Shown here: positions 47,253 through 59,077 of the stretch, one piece after another | Position numbering within the stretch: position 1 is the first letter of the stretch | How the letters are laid out: each line of letters starts with the position of its first letter | Origin: Squalus acanthias | Taxonomy: Eukaryota | Assembly: GCA_030390025.1 (NCBI GenBank) | Contig: CM059432.1 | Location: 49,540,001 to 49,604,000 of the forward strand | Direction: 5' to 3' | DNA length: 64,000 bases | Notes under the pieces: model-generated | The model's database searches: none | Seen by the model: the letters and a program-made list of their open reading frames with translations, nothing else | Told to the model about the DNA's origin: nothing | Program-made: the position numbers and the translations under genes

Positions 47253-49238
47253 CTAATTGTGCTTTATCTTCCTCTTACGTGTGCTCCTATGTGGTGCTTC
47301 CCCTGTGGCTTCAGCAGAAGTGGAGGCCCCTTGCTCACTTTCATGCTGCTCCTGCTTCGACACCTTTGGCAGACGTCCTCTGTGTTTGTGAGCCTGTGAG
47401 GGATCGACAAAAGTCTGCTCCTCCTGCGGCTGTGCAGGGGCTGAGACGCCCATCTCAGTTGGGTGAGAACTCTGATGGGGCTCTGACCGAGGGCAACGCA
47501 GTGGCATGGAACTGTGCGCACTTGGAGAGGAGCCCCCACTTCCTTGTTCTCTGCCACCAACATCCCTCTCATGGGTCAGCTCCACCTCAGCGCTAGCAAG
47601 TGGCTTGAGAGCACCTTGCTGCACATCAGGGGGGCCATGAGGAACCGTCTCTGCACTGGCAGTCCGACTGCTGAGGACTTCCATGAAGCTCTGGTCTCTC
47701 TGATCAAAAGCTGGCCATCGCTCCTCCAGAGGTGTCAGTCTATTCTGAACATTGACCAAGTTTTCAACACTCTGGCGACTTATCTCCTCCATGGCCCTGG
47801 CCATCGTCTGCAGAGAGGCAGCCATCGCTACCACGGAGGTAGACATCGCTTCCGCGGAGGTAGCCAACCTTTCCGAGGAGATACGCTCATGCACCAATGA
47901 CTCCACAAAGGCTCTGCTCATATTCGAGTTGGACTCCTCCATCCTCTCCACACACTCAGTGACCCTGGAGACAAAACCTGCCAGAGACTCCTGCACCTGT
48001 TCCTGGAGTTCCAGCACCGCTCTCCTTCTGGATGGACCCGGAGGCACAGGGTCCACATGCAGCTGAGCAGAGCTAGGAGAGTCCTGCGACCTCCGACGAG
48101 GACTCTCCACTGCTGTCCCTGTCTCCACCACCTGCTGATGCTCACTTGTGAGCTGTGATACACCAGGTGACAACACTACTCTATGTCCCGAAGGTCCCAC
48201 CGAGGTGTGCGTATCTGCGCTGGTGCTGGGTACGCTTACATCTGCTGACGCTGCATCCTCAGAGGTTGCAGGTTCCTCTGAGGAGTCTTCCGCCTCAGGC
48301 TCTTCCTCCTGGACAGTGGAGAGGGGGGCTGTCGATGGTCCTGTGGGGGAGTAAAGGAATGAGTTAGAGATGTTACGTAGTGTGGCATGCACATGCAATA
48401 GCGCAGATGATCAATTGCCATTCTAAACATGTACATTAGCAGCCATTTTAGTGACTCCTGCAATGTAAAAGAGAGAGATGCAAAACTATTCTGTCACCAG
48501 CTTGCTCTGCTGCGCCCGTCTGTCCGTCCCCTACTTCCACCTCCACCTCAGCGCCAATGATTTCCAGGGCCGCCTCTTCAGCATTGGTCAAATGGGCGAG
48601 GGAATGGCCCTCCTCCACTCTTCGCCCTTTCCCTTTTATTGTGGGCTATCTTTTCCTGCAATGAGGGAGACAAGTGGAGTTTGAGTGAGAATGATGGAAT
48701 GTGTGTAGAGACTCCATAGCATAGATGCTTAGAAGGAGACAAAGATGGAGTGAGGTTCTATTTCCAAGGGCCCTCCCTGTGTGTTGTTAGTCGTTGTCAT
48801 TGCATAACATTGATAGGGAGTGTGAGGGCAGCATAGTCGAATAGTGAAGTGATTGTGTTCATAGAGTGAGAGGGATGGTTAAGGGTGCAAGCATTGTAAG
48901 GGTAAAGTGGGATGTGTAGGAGGAGGTTGACAATGCAGAGTGCTGGTGATGAGAGGAGAAGGGGAGCAGAAGGAGGGTCAAGCTGATGGTATACTCACTT
49001 TGGCTGATCTTACAAGGTCGTTGAACCTCTTGCGGTACTGCAGCCATGTTCTGCTGCACACCGATCCGGAGGTTACATCCCGTGCCAGCTGCACCCAGAC
49101 AGCCTTGGTTTGTGTGGGAGGCTTCTTCCTCCCAGATGAGGGGAAGAGCACCTCCTTGCTCGCTCTCACCCCCTCAACCAAAATACTCAGAGACTCATCG
49201 GAAAACCTCGGGGAGGCCTTGGCTCTCGAGTTGGCCAT
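47253..49238 (-). pseudogene. Harbinger Myb/SANT-like DNA-binding protein gene; 3 predicted exons (49238-48999, 48655-48498, 48340-47253)
   Basis: Exon 1 PRFSDESLSILVEG...W...RTWLQYRKRFNDL then GTGAGT; exon 2 tgcag|EKIAHNKRERAKSGGG with one frameshift; exon 3 cacag|(G)PSTAP... open to RSTRKRKIKHN*. Confidence 0.85.
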
Positions 49239-49948
49239 CTCTTCTCAACGCAAAAGTGTGCAGCATCCACAAAACAGCAGTGAAATGAGCCAAGGAAGCA
49301 AGCAGCCCTTAAATGAAGCTGCATAAGTGACGTCAGCAGAAGCGAATTTCAGTCCAAAAAGAGTAATTGGCCCAGGGGAACCCACACGCCCGGAGTTAAT
49401 TGGGCAATTAGGGGAAAATCCCAACTTTTTCCCACCTGACAGTGGAGGCGGGTTCGGCCTAAACCCGCTGCCAACCCGTCTCCAATGGGAAAATCGCCCC
49501 CAATGTTTCCTGTCCTTTTTTTATGAGATTAAATCAAAATGGCATGATATTGTAAATTATGCATACATGCCTCTTTTTTAACACTGGGAAGAAATGTAGT
49601 TGAAGGGTTTAATGACTCAATTAGAGATGAATATTATAGATGATTGCTTGTATTCCATGGAAGTTCTGTTTATTTCATACAACCCATCTGCTATGGAGAC
49701 AACAGCACTTGTGTAATTATTTTATTGTCAGGTTCCAGTACAACAGTAGGTTTAGATTGTCATTGTACACAGTCTGAATAAGATGAGAATACAAAATGTT
49801 GGTCCTGTAACAAAACGTACAGTAAGTCCATATATTTGTAATGTATTACCCTATTATTTTATGATGCGGAGATGCCGGTGTTGGACTGGGTGGACAAAAA
49901 TGAGAAGTCGCACAACACCAGGTTATAGTCCAACAGATTTATTTAAAA

Positions 49949-49986
49949 TTACGAGCTTTCGGAGCTGTTGCCCCTTCGTCAGGTAA
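49949..49986 (-). ncRNA. Minimal type I hammerhead ribozyme motif
   Basis: UUAC-CUGACGA-A-GGGGC(AACA)GCUCC-GAAA-GCUC-GUAA. Confidence 0.85.
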
Positions 49987-50070
49987 AGGTACAATGAGCG
50001 AATCTACAATATAACACTGTAACACTGTGTTTATATACTGTGTTATATTGTAGATTCGCTCATTGTACCT

Positions 50071-50108
50071 TTACCTGACGAAGGGGCGACAGCTCCGAAA
50101 GCTCGTAA
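50071..50108 (+). ncRNA. Minimal type I hammerhead ribozyme motif
   Basis: UUAC-CUGACGA-A-GGGGC(GACA)GCUCC-GAAA-GCUC-GUAA; stem I UUAC/GUAA; palindromic AGCU; predicted cleavage after 50104. Confidence 0.87.
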
Positions 50109-51091
50109 TTTTAAATAAATCTGTTGGACTATAACCTGGTGTTGTGCGACTTCTTACTATTATTTTAGGGGCTGAGCTGACCACTGATACCTTAAATCAC
50201 AGGAATTTCAGACTTCAGTTGTCAGCTCAGAAATGACTTACTTTTTCTTTCAAAAATGTCAACAGCACAGCATAAAGAGATGATGATATTACCTAAGGCA
50301 CGTTCTATTATTCCACAGCTGGATCTGTAAACGCCACTATATTCTTCCACTGAATAGCCTGCCACATCAATAACTTCTAATGGTCCATAACACATTTTTA
50401 CTAAATAGGAACCGGTAATTTGGTGTCACTGCAAAGCCGAGAAAAGGGGATATTATTTACTGTAACTGGGTAGTTTGCATTTTGAATGACAGAAGGAGAG
50501 AGAGCAGACATTCACAACTGACTAATGTCCCTTTGTTAGGTCAAAGCCCTTCGAAGAGGGGAAACAAACACAGTCGGAGTATCACTGGTGATCTCAGTTC
50601 TGCACCAGTTGTAATGTTTTTTGTGCTGATGAGATGTTTAGCCGATGCTGATGTGATTCAATTTTCATTTTGCATTGATGCAAAAATTGCAATATAACTG
50701 GACAGTGAAGTCACTGATCTGGTGGCACAACATGTTTTGACAAGTGGTGTAAGGTTTCTCACCTCTTCAGCTTCACACTGGTTACAGTGTAAGTGGAAAC
50801 CATCTTATTAAAAACAGAGGTTAAAAAGACTCCTGGCAGTGTGCTGGACTGCCCCTTAATGATAGTAAAAAGCCAACAGGACAGCCATTTAACTGGCATC
50901 TTGGGTGGCGCTCTGCGTATGTGTATAAATGTGCATGCATCCACGCACAGAGCTCCAATTTAAAATCTACCCCATAAAGTTACACCCATGTGTCACAGTA
51001 TAGCCCTCAGTAGGTGTGATTACATTTACATATATTATGCTGCTATATTACATGGAAGGATTTGGTTTGGGTAAATGCAGTTTAGAATGTA

Positions 51092-51375
51092 CAGCATCTT
51101 CGACAGCACCTCCCAAACCTGCGACTTCTACCACCTAGGACAAGGGCAGCAGGTGCATGGGAACACCATCACCTGCAAGTTCCCCTCCAAGTCACACACC
51201 ATCCTGACTTGGACATATATCAGCATTCCATCATCGTCGCTGGATCAAAGTCCTGGAACTCCCTACCTAACAGCACTGTGGGAGTAACTTCACCGCACAG
51301 ACTACAGCGGTTCAAGAATGGGTAATAAATGCTGGCCTTTCTAGCAATGCCCACATCCCAAGAATGAAAAAAAAA
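51092..51375 (+). mobile_element. Second LINE family, 3' end
   Basis: Reverse complement of ~62477-62790. Confidence 0.82.
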
Positions 51376-51477
51376 TGTGACTGAAGTGACAATTACAGAT
51401 GTAAATTGCTGGTGCAACGTGTATCCTATTGTATAAGCATTTAAAGTACTGTAAGATAGTATGAGGGGGCTAACTCG

Positions 51478-52140
51478 AGGGGGTAATTTTACAATGTTTC
51501 ACTGCCAGGGTGGCGCCTCACTAGACAGTAGTGCAGGTTAATGCAGCCATACATTGCTGTAGCCCCATCTCTGACCCGTGCTCTCATCCAGTGAGGCTCT
51601 ACCTCGATTTTAACTATAGGCGAGTTTGAAATGAGTGGCCAGCTGGGTCAGTTGGAAACTCACCCGTTGCTCCAGAAATGAGCCCTGGGCTATTTTAAGT
51701 TCTGGGCCTCATTTAAATCCTGCTAGTCAACTTCCCACCTGGAAGTTTGCAGGAAGCAATGGAAAATCACGCTGCCCAGAGGCAGCGTGCTGACACAAGA
51801 TAGGTGGTGGGATTGGCTTCTGGGGTTGTCTCACAGGGGTTTCGTGATTGGGAAGGGTGGAGTCCGGGGCAGGGGAGGCCTAAGCATTCCTTGTGGAGCC
51901 GCGGTGGCTTTCCTGCTCAGACCTGAGTTAAAATGCAGCCAGTCCCAATTATGTCATCGGGACCTGACAGGCATATGTAAAGGAGGACCCCGCTGGCTTT
52001 TGGCGGGTGCCCATGCTGCTTGCTCAGTAGAGCAGGTTAAAATCCCAAAAGTTGGGATCCTGGCTGCTCTCAGACGGGTAAATAACTTGGGTGATTTTAG
52101 TTTCCCAATTTCTGGGCAAGCAGCATTCAAATCACTACCC
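51478..52140. mobile_element. Old Harbinger-type MITE
   Basis: Degenerate termini gggggtaatttt / aaatcactaccc. Confidence 0.4.
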
Positions 52141-52211
52141 ATCTACTACTCTTTGAGCCAGCATGTTTAGGATACTAGCTTAATATAAAGTAAATTACTT
52201 TGGCTGACTTG

Positions 52212-53450
52212 GAACATAGGAACATAGGAACAGGAGTAGACCATTGAGCCCCTCGAGCCTGTTCCGCCATTCAATGAGATCATGGCTAATTTGCGACCTA
52301 ACTCCATATACCCGCCTTTGGCCCATATCCCTTAATACCTTTGGTTAACAAAAATCTATCAATCTCAGATCTAAAATGAACAATTGATCTAGCATTTGCG
52401 GAAGAGGGTTCCAAACTTCTACCACCCTTTGTGTGTAGAAGTGTTTCCTAATTTCACTCCTGAAAGGTCTGGCTCTAATTTTTAGACTATGCTCCCTAGT
52501 CCTAGAATCCCCAACCAACGGAAATAGTTTCTCTCTATCTACTCTATCTGTTCCCCTTAATATCTTGAAAACTTCGATCAAATCACCCTTTAACCATCTA
52601 AATTCTAGGGAATATAACCCAAATTTGTGTAATCTCTCCTCGTAATTTAACCCTTGGAGTCCAGGTATCACTCTGGTAAGCCTACGCTGCACTCCTTCCA
52701 AGGCCAATATATCCTTCCTGAGGTGTGGTGCCCAGAACTGCTCACAGTACTCCACGTGTGGTCTAACCAGGGTTTTGTGTAGCTGCAGCATAACTTCTAC
52801 CCCCTTGTATTCTAGTCCTCTAGATATAAAGGCCAGCATTTCATTAGCCTTTTTGATTATTTTCTGTACCTGTTCATGACATTTTAATGATCTATGTACC
52901 TGGACCCCCAAGTCTCTTTAGACCTCCACTGTTTTTAACTTTTCACTATTTAGAAAGTACCCTGTTCTATCCTTTTTAGGTCCAAAGTGGATGACCTCAC
53001 ATTTGCCTACATTGAAATCCATTTGCCACAGTTTTGCCCATTCACTTAATCTATCAATATCCCTTTGTAATTTTATGCTTTCATCTACACTGCCTACAAT
53101 GCCGCCTATCTTTGTGTCATCGGCAAATTTGGATATATGGCTTTCTATGCCATCATCTAACTCATGAATAAATACTGTGAATAGTTGAGGGCCCAACATA
53201 GATCCCTGTGGGACACCACTAGACACATCCATTTGAGTACCTACCCATTATCCCGATTCTCTGTTTCCTGCTGCTCAGCCAATTTCCTAACCAGGTCAAT
53301 AATTTGCCTTCAATTCCATGGGCTTCTACCTTAGCTAACAGTCTCTTATGTGGGACTTTATCAAATGCCTTCTGGAAGTCCATATAAATAACATCCGTAG
53401 ACATTCCCCTGTCTGCTACTTTAGTCACCTCCTCAAAAAATTCAATCAGG
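52212..53450 (-). mobile_element. 5'-truncated CR1
   Basis: MDFQKAFDKVPH, GVPQGSMLGP and FADDTK; 3' UTR; (ATGTTCCT)n tail. Confidence 0.92.
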
Positions 53451-53529
53451 TCTTAGTGAGGTCATTAAACTTTTTGCAGCATTGTTTCCCGGTCCTCAGA
53501 ATGGTGCATTGTACATTCAGATTTGTTGT

Positions 53530-53908
53530 CACCTCTTCCCAGGTACTCAATACGCTTACCTGCAGACACTTCAGTATAGCACTGTGGGAGGGCTGCACTC
53601 TTGGAGGTTCCATCTTTCGGATGAGACATTAAACTGAGGCCCCAGCTTCCCTCTATTTCGAAGAAGAGCAGGGGAGTTCTCTCCGGTGTCCTGGCCAATA
53701 CTTATCCCTCAACCAACACCTAAAAACAGATGTTCTGGTCATTATCACATTGCTGTTTGTGGGACCTTGCTGTGCACAAAGTAGCTGCCACGTTTCCTAC
53801 ATCACAACAGTGACTACACTTCAAAAAAGTACTTCATGTACTGCAAAGAGCTTTGGGATATCCTGAGGTTGTGAAAGACTATATAAATACAAGTTCTTTC
53901 TTTCTTTG
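53530..53908 (+). mobile_element. SINE (family of 27441-27915), head degenerate
   Basis: Colinear with ~27530-27915. Confidence 0.8.
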
Positions 53909-54676
53909 GTCTCAAAGAGATTCTTGCTTCTTTGCCATACTTGTTCCAATAACATTTCTATAGTTATGGTGGGTCCTGCACATCTTCTTCCAGACATCCA
54001 TTGCCGGGTCAGGAGCTCTCACAGTTCAGTTTTGCTGGTAGCAAGTGCCCTGCCATTTGGCTGCTGCAGGCCTTCAAATTCTGCAGCAGCACTAGATTTC
54101 CCACCCACAAAGCAGAACACCCCTAATCGCAGGGGTTAATTAGAATTGAGCTCTCTGACTGTATTATAATTCCGATGGAGCTCAGCCTACCTATGCTCTG
54201 TTGTATTCTATTACTTGCTTGACTCTTGCCAGGAAAATCTGTCCACGCATCAAATACTAATATTAGAAAAAGAATAGTCTGATTCACATTTAAAAGGATA
54301 GCTGTGATTCTGAATATTATTCAATATGACTAAAATTGATCTACAAGTCAATAGTCATTTAATGCTATTGATAGGTAACAAACATGTGTAAAGCTTTTAA
54401 TTGCAAAATTCACTGGAGTATTGCAGTGTCAAATGATGTTTGAAGTTTCACACACTTTGGCAGATTACTTTGCCAATGCTTTACTTTTTTTGTAACAAGA
54501 GGGACTTCAAGTTCCCTTGGGCTCATTTTTCATCTTGTACATTACAAACAAGATGAAAATTCTGCCCAATTATGCAATGTGAATATTTAGTTGGACTATA
54601 TCTCCAGCAATGTGTCATCACTGGAACTACAACTGGATGACTGTGTATGGGCAGTCAGAATTTGGTCCACAGGTAT

Positions 54677-56470
54677 GAACAAGGGTGGTGCTGTTGTTGT
54701 TTGGCAAACCGACCTCTACCTAGTGGAGGCTGAACGGCAACTCTCTGAAACCTCCTCCTACCTCTGCCTAGACCATGACCCCACTACCAAACATCAAGCC
54801 ACCGTTTCCAAGACCGTCACTGACCTCATCTCCTCTGGAGATCTTCCCTCCACGGCCGCCAACCTCATAGTTCCCCAACCCCGCACAGCCCGCTTCTACC
54901 TCCTTCCCAAGATCCACAAACAGGACTGCCTGGTAAACCCATTGTTTCAGTCTGTTCTTGCCCCATGGAACTTATCTCTTCCTATCTCGACTCTATTTTT
55001 TCTCCCCTTGTCCAGTCTCTTCCCACCTACATCCGCGACTCTTCCGACGCCCTCCGCCACTTTAACAGTTTCCAGTTTCCTGGCCACATACATCTCCTTT
55101 TCACTATGGACGTCCAACCCCTCAACACCTCCATGCCCCACCAGGATGGCCTGAGGGCGCTCCGCTTCTTCCTTGAACAGAGGCCCAACCAGTCCCCATC
55201 ACCACCACCCTCCTCCGCCTGGCTGAACTTGTTCTCACATTGAACAACTTCTCCTTTGATTCCACTCACTTCCTCCAAATTAAAGGTGTTGCTATGGGAA
55301 CCCGCGTGGGTCCCAGCTATGTTTGCCTTTTCGTGGGATATGTGGAACATTCTTTGTTCCAGTCCTACTCAGGTCCCCTCCCTCACCTCTTTTTCCGGTA
55401 CATTGATGACTGTATCGGTGCTGTTTCCTGCTCTCGCCCTGAACTAGAAAATTTCATTCACTTTGCTTCCAATTTCCACCCTTCCCTCACCTTCACATGG
55501 TCCATCTCCGACTCTTCCCTTCCCTTCCTCGACTTCTCTGTCTCCATCTCTGGGGATAGGCTCTTGACAAACATTCACTACAAGCCCACTGACTCCCACA
55601 GCTACTTGGACTACACTTCCTCCCACCCCGCCTCCTGTAAGGACTCTATTCCATTCTCCCAGTTTCTCCGTCTCCGCCGCACCTGCTCTGACGATGCCAC
55701 CTTCCATAATAGTGCTTCTGACATGTCTTCCTTTTTCCTCAACTGAGGATTCCCCTCTACTGTGGTTGACACGGCCCTTGACCGTGTCCGTTCTATTTCC
55801 CGCACTTCTGCTCTCACCCCTGCCCCTCCCTCCCGGAACCATGATAGGGTTCCCCTTGTCCTCACCTTTCACCCCACCAGCCTCCACATTCAACGGATCA
55901 TCCTCCGCCATTTCCGCCACCTCCAGCGTGATCCCACCACCAAACACATCTTCCCCTCACCTCCCCTTTCAGCATTCCGAAGGGACTGCTCCCTCCGCGA
56001 CACCCTGGTCCACTCCTCTATCATCCCCAACACCCCTTCCCCTTCCGCACAGCACCTTCCCGTGCAAGCACAGGAGATGCAACACATGCCCTTTTACCTC
56101 CACCCTTCCCACTGTCCAGGGCCCCAGACACTCCTTCCAGGTGAAACAGCGATTTACTTGCACTTCTTGCAATTTAGTATACTGTATTCGCTGCTCACGA
56201 TGTGGTCTCCTCTACATTGGGGAGACCAAACGCAGATTGGGTGACCGCTTTGCGAAACACTTCCGTTCAGTCCGTAAGGGTGACCCCGAGCTTCCGGTCG
56301 CCTGTCTCTTTAATTCTCCGCTCCACTCCCACTCAGAGCGCACCGTCCTCAGCCTCTTACACTGTTCCAATGAAGCTCAACGTAAGCTCGAGGAACAGCA
56401 TCTCATCTTTCGATTAGGCACTTTACAGCCTTCTGGACTCAACATAGAGTTCAACAATTTTAGACCATAA
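54677..56470 (+). pseudogene. Penelope RT plus GIY-YIG endonuclease, frameshifted
   Basis: KGGAVVV, FYLLPKIHK, QIKGVAMG, RYIDD, LPFLD, CxxxRCxTC, LVYCIRCSRCGLLYIGET and GLN motifs. Confidence 0.92.
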
Positions 56471-56966
56471 CGTCTGCCTCCTTCCTTTTTTTATTCATTT
56501 TTTTTTTTTCTCTCTCCCACATGGCAGCGGTCTTTCATTCTGCCAGTGCCATTTACACTTCATCTAGAACCATCTTTTGTTTCATAAATTGTCCCGTTAT
56601 GATCTCCTTTTGCCTTGCACCATCTCTTAATCTCTCTTAATGGGCAGAATTTTCATTGACCCGTGGAGGCGGGTTTGGAGGCGTGTGGGATGGGAAAATA
56701 GCAGATTCGGGGTCCCGAACCCATCCCACCCCCAACCCGCCTCCATGCCAGTTTCGCTGCAGGCGGGTACCCGACCTGTGCTGGGAGCCACCTTTTCGAG
56801 GTGGGAAGGGGATTAGTGACAATTAACTGCCTGTTAACAGGTAGTTAACAGGCAGTTTGTTGCCTAATCCCTATTTTTAGCCCTGAAGTGTGGGCTACCC
56901 GACGGCTCCAAACCACGCCGTTTTAGCGAGGCGGACCGTGGGTCTGCAGGGGTTGGAGGAGTCGGT

Positions 56967-57418
56967 GGGCTGGATTTTGAATGACCCATGGAGTTGGGTT
57001 TGGAGGCGTGTGGGGGGTTAAATTTGCGGGGTCGGGGGTCCCGACCCCATCCCGACTCCATCCCGCCTCCACGCAATTTTGACAAAATCAGTCACGGGGT
57101 TCCCGACTCCGTCCCGCCTCCAAGAGGCGGGAGAGGCCATTAAAGCCCTTAACAAGCCCTAAATTGGCTCTGTAATGCCATTTTGAAACGTTTTAGCTAG
57201 TTTAACCCTTTTCCGACATGAAGTACGCCTGATGTGAAACACTCCAGTGAAACCTGGCGGGAGCACAAGTGGATAGCTGACTATCAGCTGCAGGTCCACT
57301 ATTACAACGGAGATGTGATGAAGGTAGTAGTAGTATTAGGTCTGAAAGTCGTCTCTGATGAATGTCTTCAGAGACTGCATGGCCTTTGCTGTGAGAGGAC
57401 TTGGATGCAAAAAAAAAT

Positions 57419-57482
<64 letters not shown>

Positions 57483-57764
57483 CTCTCTCTATTTTGCATC
57501 CAGGTCCCACAGCAAAGCCAGGCAGGTCCTCTCTCACCAACATCCAGTCAGTCTCTGAGACCAGGCAACAGCAATGATGACATCATCAGAGGCGACTTTC
57601 AGACTGAAACCACTAATTGGTTCATGGGTTCCCACATGCTGCAACTCAATTGCCCAATTAAGTGAAAATTGCATAATTCATCCACATTAATCTGGAGTCG
57701 GCGGGGGGGAACATGAAATGCGGATGACACTACCCCAACCCGACCCCAAGACAAAATCCAGCCC
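56967..57764. mobile_element. Harbinger-type MITE (inner, nested)
   Basis: TIRs gggctggattttg / caaaatccagccc; flanks ggt / gat. Confidence 0.8.
57419..57489. repeat. (CT)n microsatellite
   Basis: Directly visible dinucleotide run. Confidence 0.97.
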
Positions 57765-58364
57765 GATATGTCCAGTGGGCAGGTGAGTGATGGGTGCATG
57801 TGCAGAGGTAAGTGTGTAAGGTAAGTGTAAAGTGTGGAAAAAAGTTTTACTTACCTTAACTTCCTCCTGCAGGTGTCAGCCCTTCAGGTCTCGGGAGTCA
57901 GAAATCTCACCGGCACAGAAAGCAGAATGGCCGTTGAGCTGTCAAAAGCTGCAGTCTGCTTTCTGTGCTGGATTGATTTCTAACTACAGGGTCTAAGTAC
58001 AGGGACTCATGTTAGAAATCATATTGTCAGTGTTTGACAGCTTCACAGAGCTCTTGACAGATGAAATTTCAATGGCTGACGTCACCTGTATCCAGGGAAC
58101 CTTGATTGGCCTGCTAAGCCGCTTAACAAGGTCAATCAAGGGAAAATACAGTGGGTTGGCCACAAGTCGATAGAGGCGGGACTACAACCCAAAAAGTGGG
58201 AGTCCCGCCTCCATCACGTCCCCATTGACAAAATCCAGCACAATGTCTCTTAATCTCTCCTGCCTTCATCCTATCACAGACCTTCCCTTTTGTTCCTTCC
58301 TCCCCTCCCCCCTTTCCCTGCCCCTGCACTTGCTTAAAAACCTGTTCCATCTCCAGCTTTTTCC

Positions 58365-58401
58365 AGTTCTGACGAAGGGTCATCGACCTGAAACGTTAAC
58401 T
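58365..58401 (+). ncRNA. Minimal type I hammerhead ribozyme motif
   Basis: AGUU-CUGACGA-A-GGGUC(AUC)GACCU-GAAA-CGUU-AACU. Confidence 0.83.
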
Positions 58402-58739
58402 CTGTTTCTCTCTCCACAGATGCTGCCTGACCTGCTGACTATTTCCAGCATTTTCTGTTTTTATTTCAGATTTCCAGCATCCGCAGTATTTTGCTTTTGT
58501 ATGAAGAAATGAATGATTGAGAAGAAGAAAAAAAATATTTTGAAGATGTATTTTCAGTCTGCTTCAAGTAAACTCTTAACTAATGCTGTAAGAGTTTATT
58601 TATTCACCAGTCGTTTTGCAAAATTGCTGAAGAATCAAGCAAGTTGGTTCATTTTCTATAGTGTGTTCTGTACCTGTTACTGTAACCATTAATTACAACT
58701 TTGCCATCAAGCCTTAAAAAGTCTTTCTTATGTTTGAGT

Positions 58740-59040
58740 TCGGGAATGGTAGCATAGTGGTTATATTACTGGACTAGTAATCCAGAGACCAGGACTAATA
58801 ATATTGAGACGTGAGTTCCATGGCAGCCGTGGAATTTAAATTCAGTTAATTAAATAAATCTGGAATAAAAAGCTAGTATCAGTAATGATGACCACCAGAT
58901 TGTTGTAAAAACCCATCTGGTTCATTAGGGAAGGAAAGCTGCCTGGTCTAGGCCGATATGTGACCACAGTAACTACAGCAATGTGGTTGACTCTTAACTG
59001 TCACTAGCAAGCCACTCAGTTGTAACAAACCGCTACAAGA
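58740..59040 (+). mobile_element. tRNA-derived SINE, second family, decayed
   Basis: A-box-like TAGCATAGTGG and a tRNA-like head (ggactagtaatcc); B box damaged. Confidence 0.6.
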
Positions 59041-59077
59041 AACATTAACAATAATAAGAATAAAACCAAATGGACCA

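Larger units (their letters stand above)
45269..49501. mobile_element. Full-length PIF/Harbinger DNA transposon (4.2 kb)
   Basis: 16-bp perfect TIR GGGGGCGATTTTCCCA; flanks att / aat; convergent transposase and Myb genes. Confidence 0.95.
49862..50156. mobile_element. Penelope-like mini-element: inverted pseudo-LTR pair (PLE family B)
   Basis: 11-bp TSD ctattatttta (49851-49861 and 50157-50167); 115-bp inverted arms 49903-50017 and 50040-50154 with one mismatch seen; hammerhead motif in each arm. PLE assignment rests on this architecture, since no family B ORF is in the window. Confidence 0.85.
56642..58241. mobile_element. Harbinger-type MITE (outer)
   Basis: TSD AAT (56639-56641 and 58242-58244); the uninterrupted site is visible in the second PLE copy near 60100. 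Confidence 0.88.
54677..58499 (+). mobile_element. Penelope-like element (family A), 5'-truncated, with a nested Harbinger MITE in its 3' region
   Basis: RT and GIY-YIG ORF fragments to 56470; 3' region resumes at 58242; ends gtattttgcttttgt. Confidence 0.93.

Noticed and set aside
50763..50803. Possible 41-nt minus-strand host exon (polypyrimidine-AAG|...GAG|GTGAGA; DGFHLHCNQCEAEE)
   Set aside because: Weak acceptor, no recognisable protein and no partner exons; expected by chance in 64 kb. RNA-seq or cross-species conservation would be needed.
55444..55947. Antisense ORFs repeated in both Penelope copies (also 59016-59438)
   Set aside because: Shadow frames of the C/T-biased Penelope coding strand, with no independent evidence of coding.
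57202..57665. ORFs with ERERER or LSLSLS runs
   Set aside because: Translation artefacts of the (CT)n microsatellite.
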